From: Lama guanicoe
Taxonomy: Eukaryota
Assembly: GCA_013239625.1 (NCBI GenBank)
Contig: MU053933.1
Coordinates: 994,001 to 1,058,000 of the forward strand
Direction: 5' to 3'
Length of the DNA stretch: 64,000 nucleotides
The position numbers were made by a program, and so were the translations under genes. The first letter of the stretch is position 1. The number at the start of each line of letters is the position of its first letter. Positions 63,128-64,000 of the stretch are shown here, piece by piece. Below the pieces are notes generated by a model that did no database searches, had not been told where the DNA came from, and saw only the letters and a list, made by a program, of their open reading frames with translations.

Positions 63128-63288
63128 TCACCTCCGTGGCCGGCCAGCTGGGCCCGGGGGGCAGGTCCTGCGTCGCTTCCTCTCCAGCTGCTGCTGCAGC
63201 CGCTCCTCCTTCCTCTTCAGGTACGAGGTCATGTTGTCACAGGTGGCCTTGTAGAGGCCGCTGAGGCCACTGTCCCCGCCAGCACAGC
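63128..63288 (-). CDS. WDR4: WDR4 last coding exon: (G)[56 protein letters not shown]
   Basis: Minus-strand acceptor ctcctgcctctcctgcgcag; peptide matches the recalled WDR4 C-terminus [28 protein letters not shown]; synteny with PDE9A. Confidence 0.92.
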
Positions 63289-64000
63289 CTGCGCAGGAGA
63301 GGCAGGAGCAGGTGTCAGGAAGGACAGGGGGCTCGGGGCGGGGGACCCTCCTGCAACAGGGAGTGGACTTGGTGACCACCCAGTTCCCAGCAGGCCTGTG
63401 GTGCCTTCTCCAACACGGCCACCTCCCTGTCACCACACCTGGCTGGACCCAGGACTCGCGAAGGCCGGGGGGTCAATGAGAGACCAGGTTCACAGCCTGT
63501 GCCCGCATCCTGGTGCCCATGTTCCCTCGTGCTGGGGGTGCCCTCCAGCCTGCAGGGACCTGAGTCCTGAAACCCGCGAGTGGCCTGGATGCAGCCCCGC
63601 CACAGGTGGACGTGAGCAGGAGCCAGAGAAACAGTGAGGTGAACAGCGTGCATTGTCTGAACTGGGAAGCACGTGCTATGCAGCAAGAGGCTTGGTTGGT
63701 GCTGAGGCTTGAGGAGCAGGACAGGCCCAGACCAGCCCCATGGAGCCCACCGCGCCCGGGCAGGAGCTCCCGGGCCCCCCAGCACCGTGCACTCTCCACC
63801 CGGCCCCCCCAACACCGCCGCGCCCTCCTGCCCGCGCCCTCCAGGGTCCCTCCAACTCTTCTGCCCTTCGTGGTTTTCAAGGTCAGCTTCTCTTTCCCAT
63901 GGGGCACCCCACCCCGGGGCACCCCCCCCAACCCCGCCTCCTTCTCCACATCCGTGGCAACAGGCTCACTGATCTGCAGAAGCTCTTAGGACATCGAGGC

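Noticed and set aside
1..64000. A novel multi-gene system, intact ERV or active L1
   Set aside because: All credible coding sequence belongs to PDE9A and WDR4; retroelements are truncated or solo LTRs without intact ORFs

Overview
Mammalian, GC-rich euchromatic DNA. The tRNA-derived SINEs resemble camelid Vic-1, so the species is probably a camelid (inference). The + strand carries the last 13 coding exons of PDE9A (cGMP-specific phosphodiesterase 9A), 3480-26808. All have GT-AG junctions and join into one frame of 1202 nt, with the catalytic motifs HNFRH, CHDLDH, CCDISN, EEYF and AQIGF intact. A short 3'UTR ends near 27030. About 36 kb of intergenic DNA follows, rich in L1, MaLR/ERV LTR, SINE and MER58 relics. 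The last coding exon of WDR4 (tRNA m7G46 methyltransferase scaffold) lies on the - strand at 63128-63288, tail-to-tail with PDE9A as in human 21q22.3. Almost all ORFs in the supplied track are GC-rich or repeat artefacts. I found no evidence of a new multi-gene biological system. The best observations are lineage-specific gene-structure changes: an apparent 9-nt splice-acceptor shift and NAGNAG sites in the last PDE9A exons, and an F-to-C change plus early stop in the WDR4 C-terminus. Also notable are a strong AT-to-GC substitution bias in local repeats, nested retroelements with visible TSDs, and some candidate regulatory modules. Comparisons with human and repeat subfamily names come from memory and need checking by alignment.
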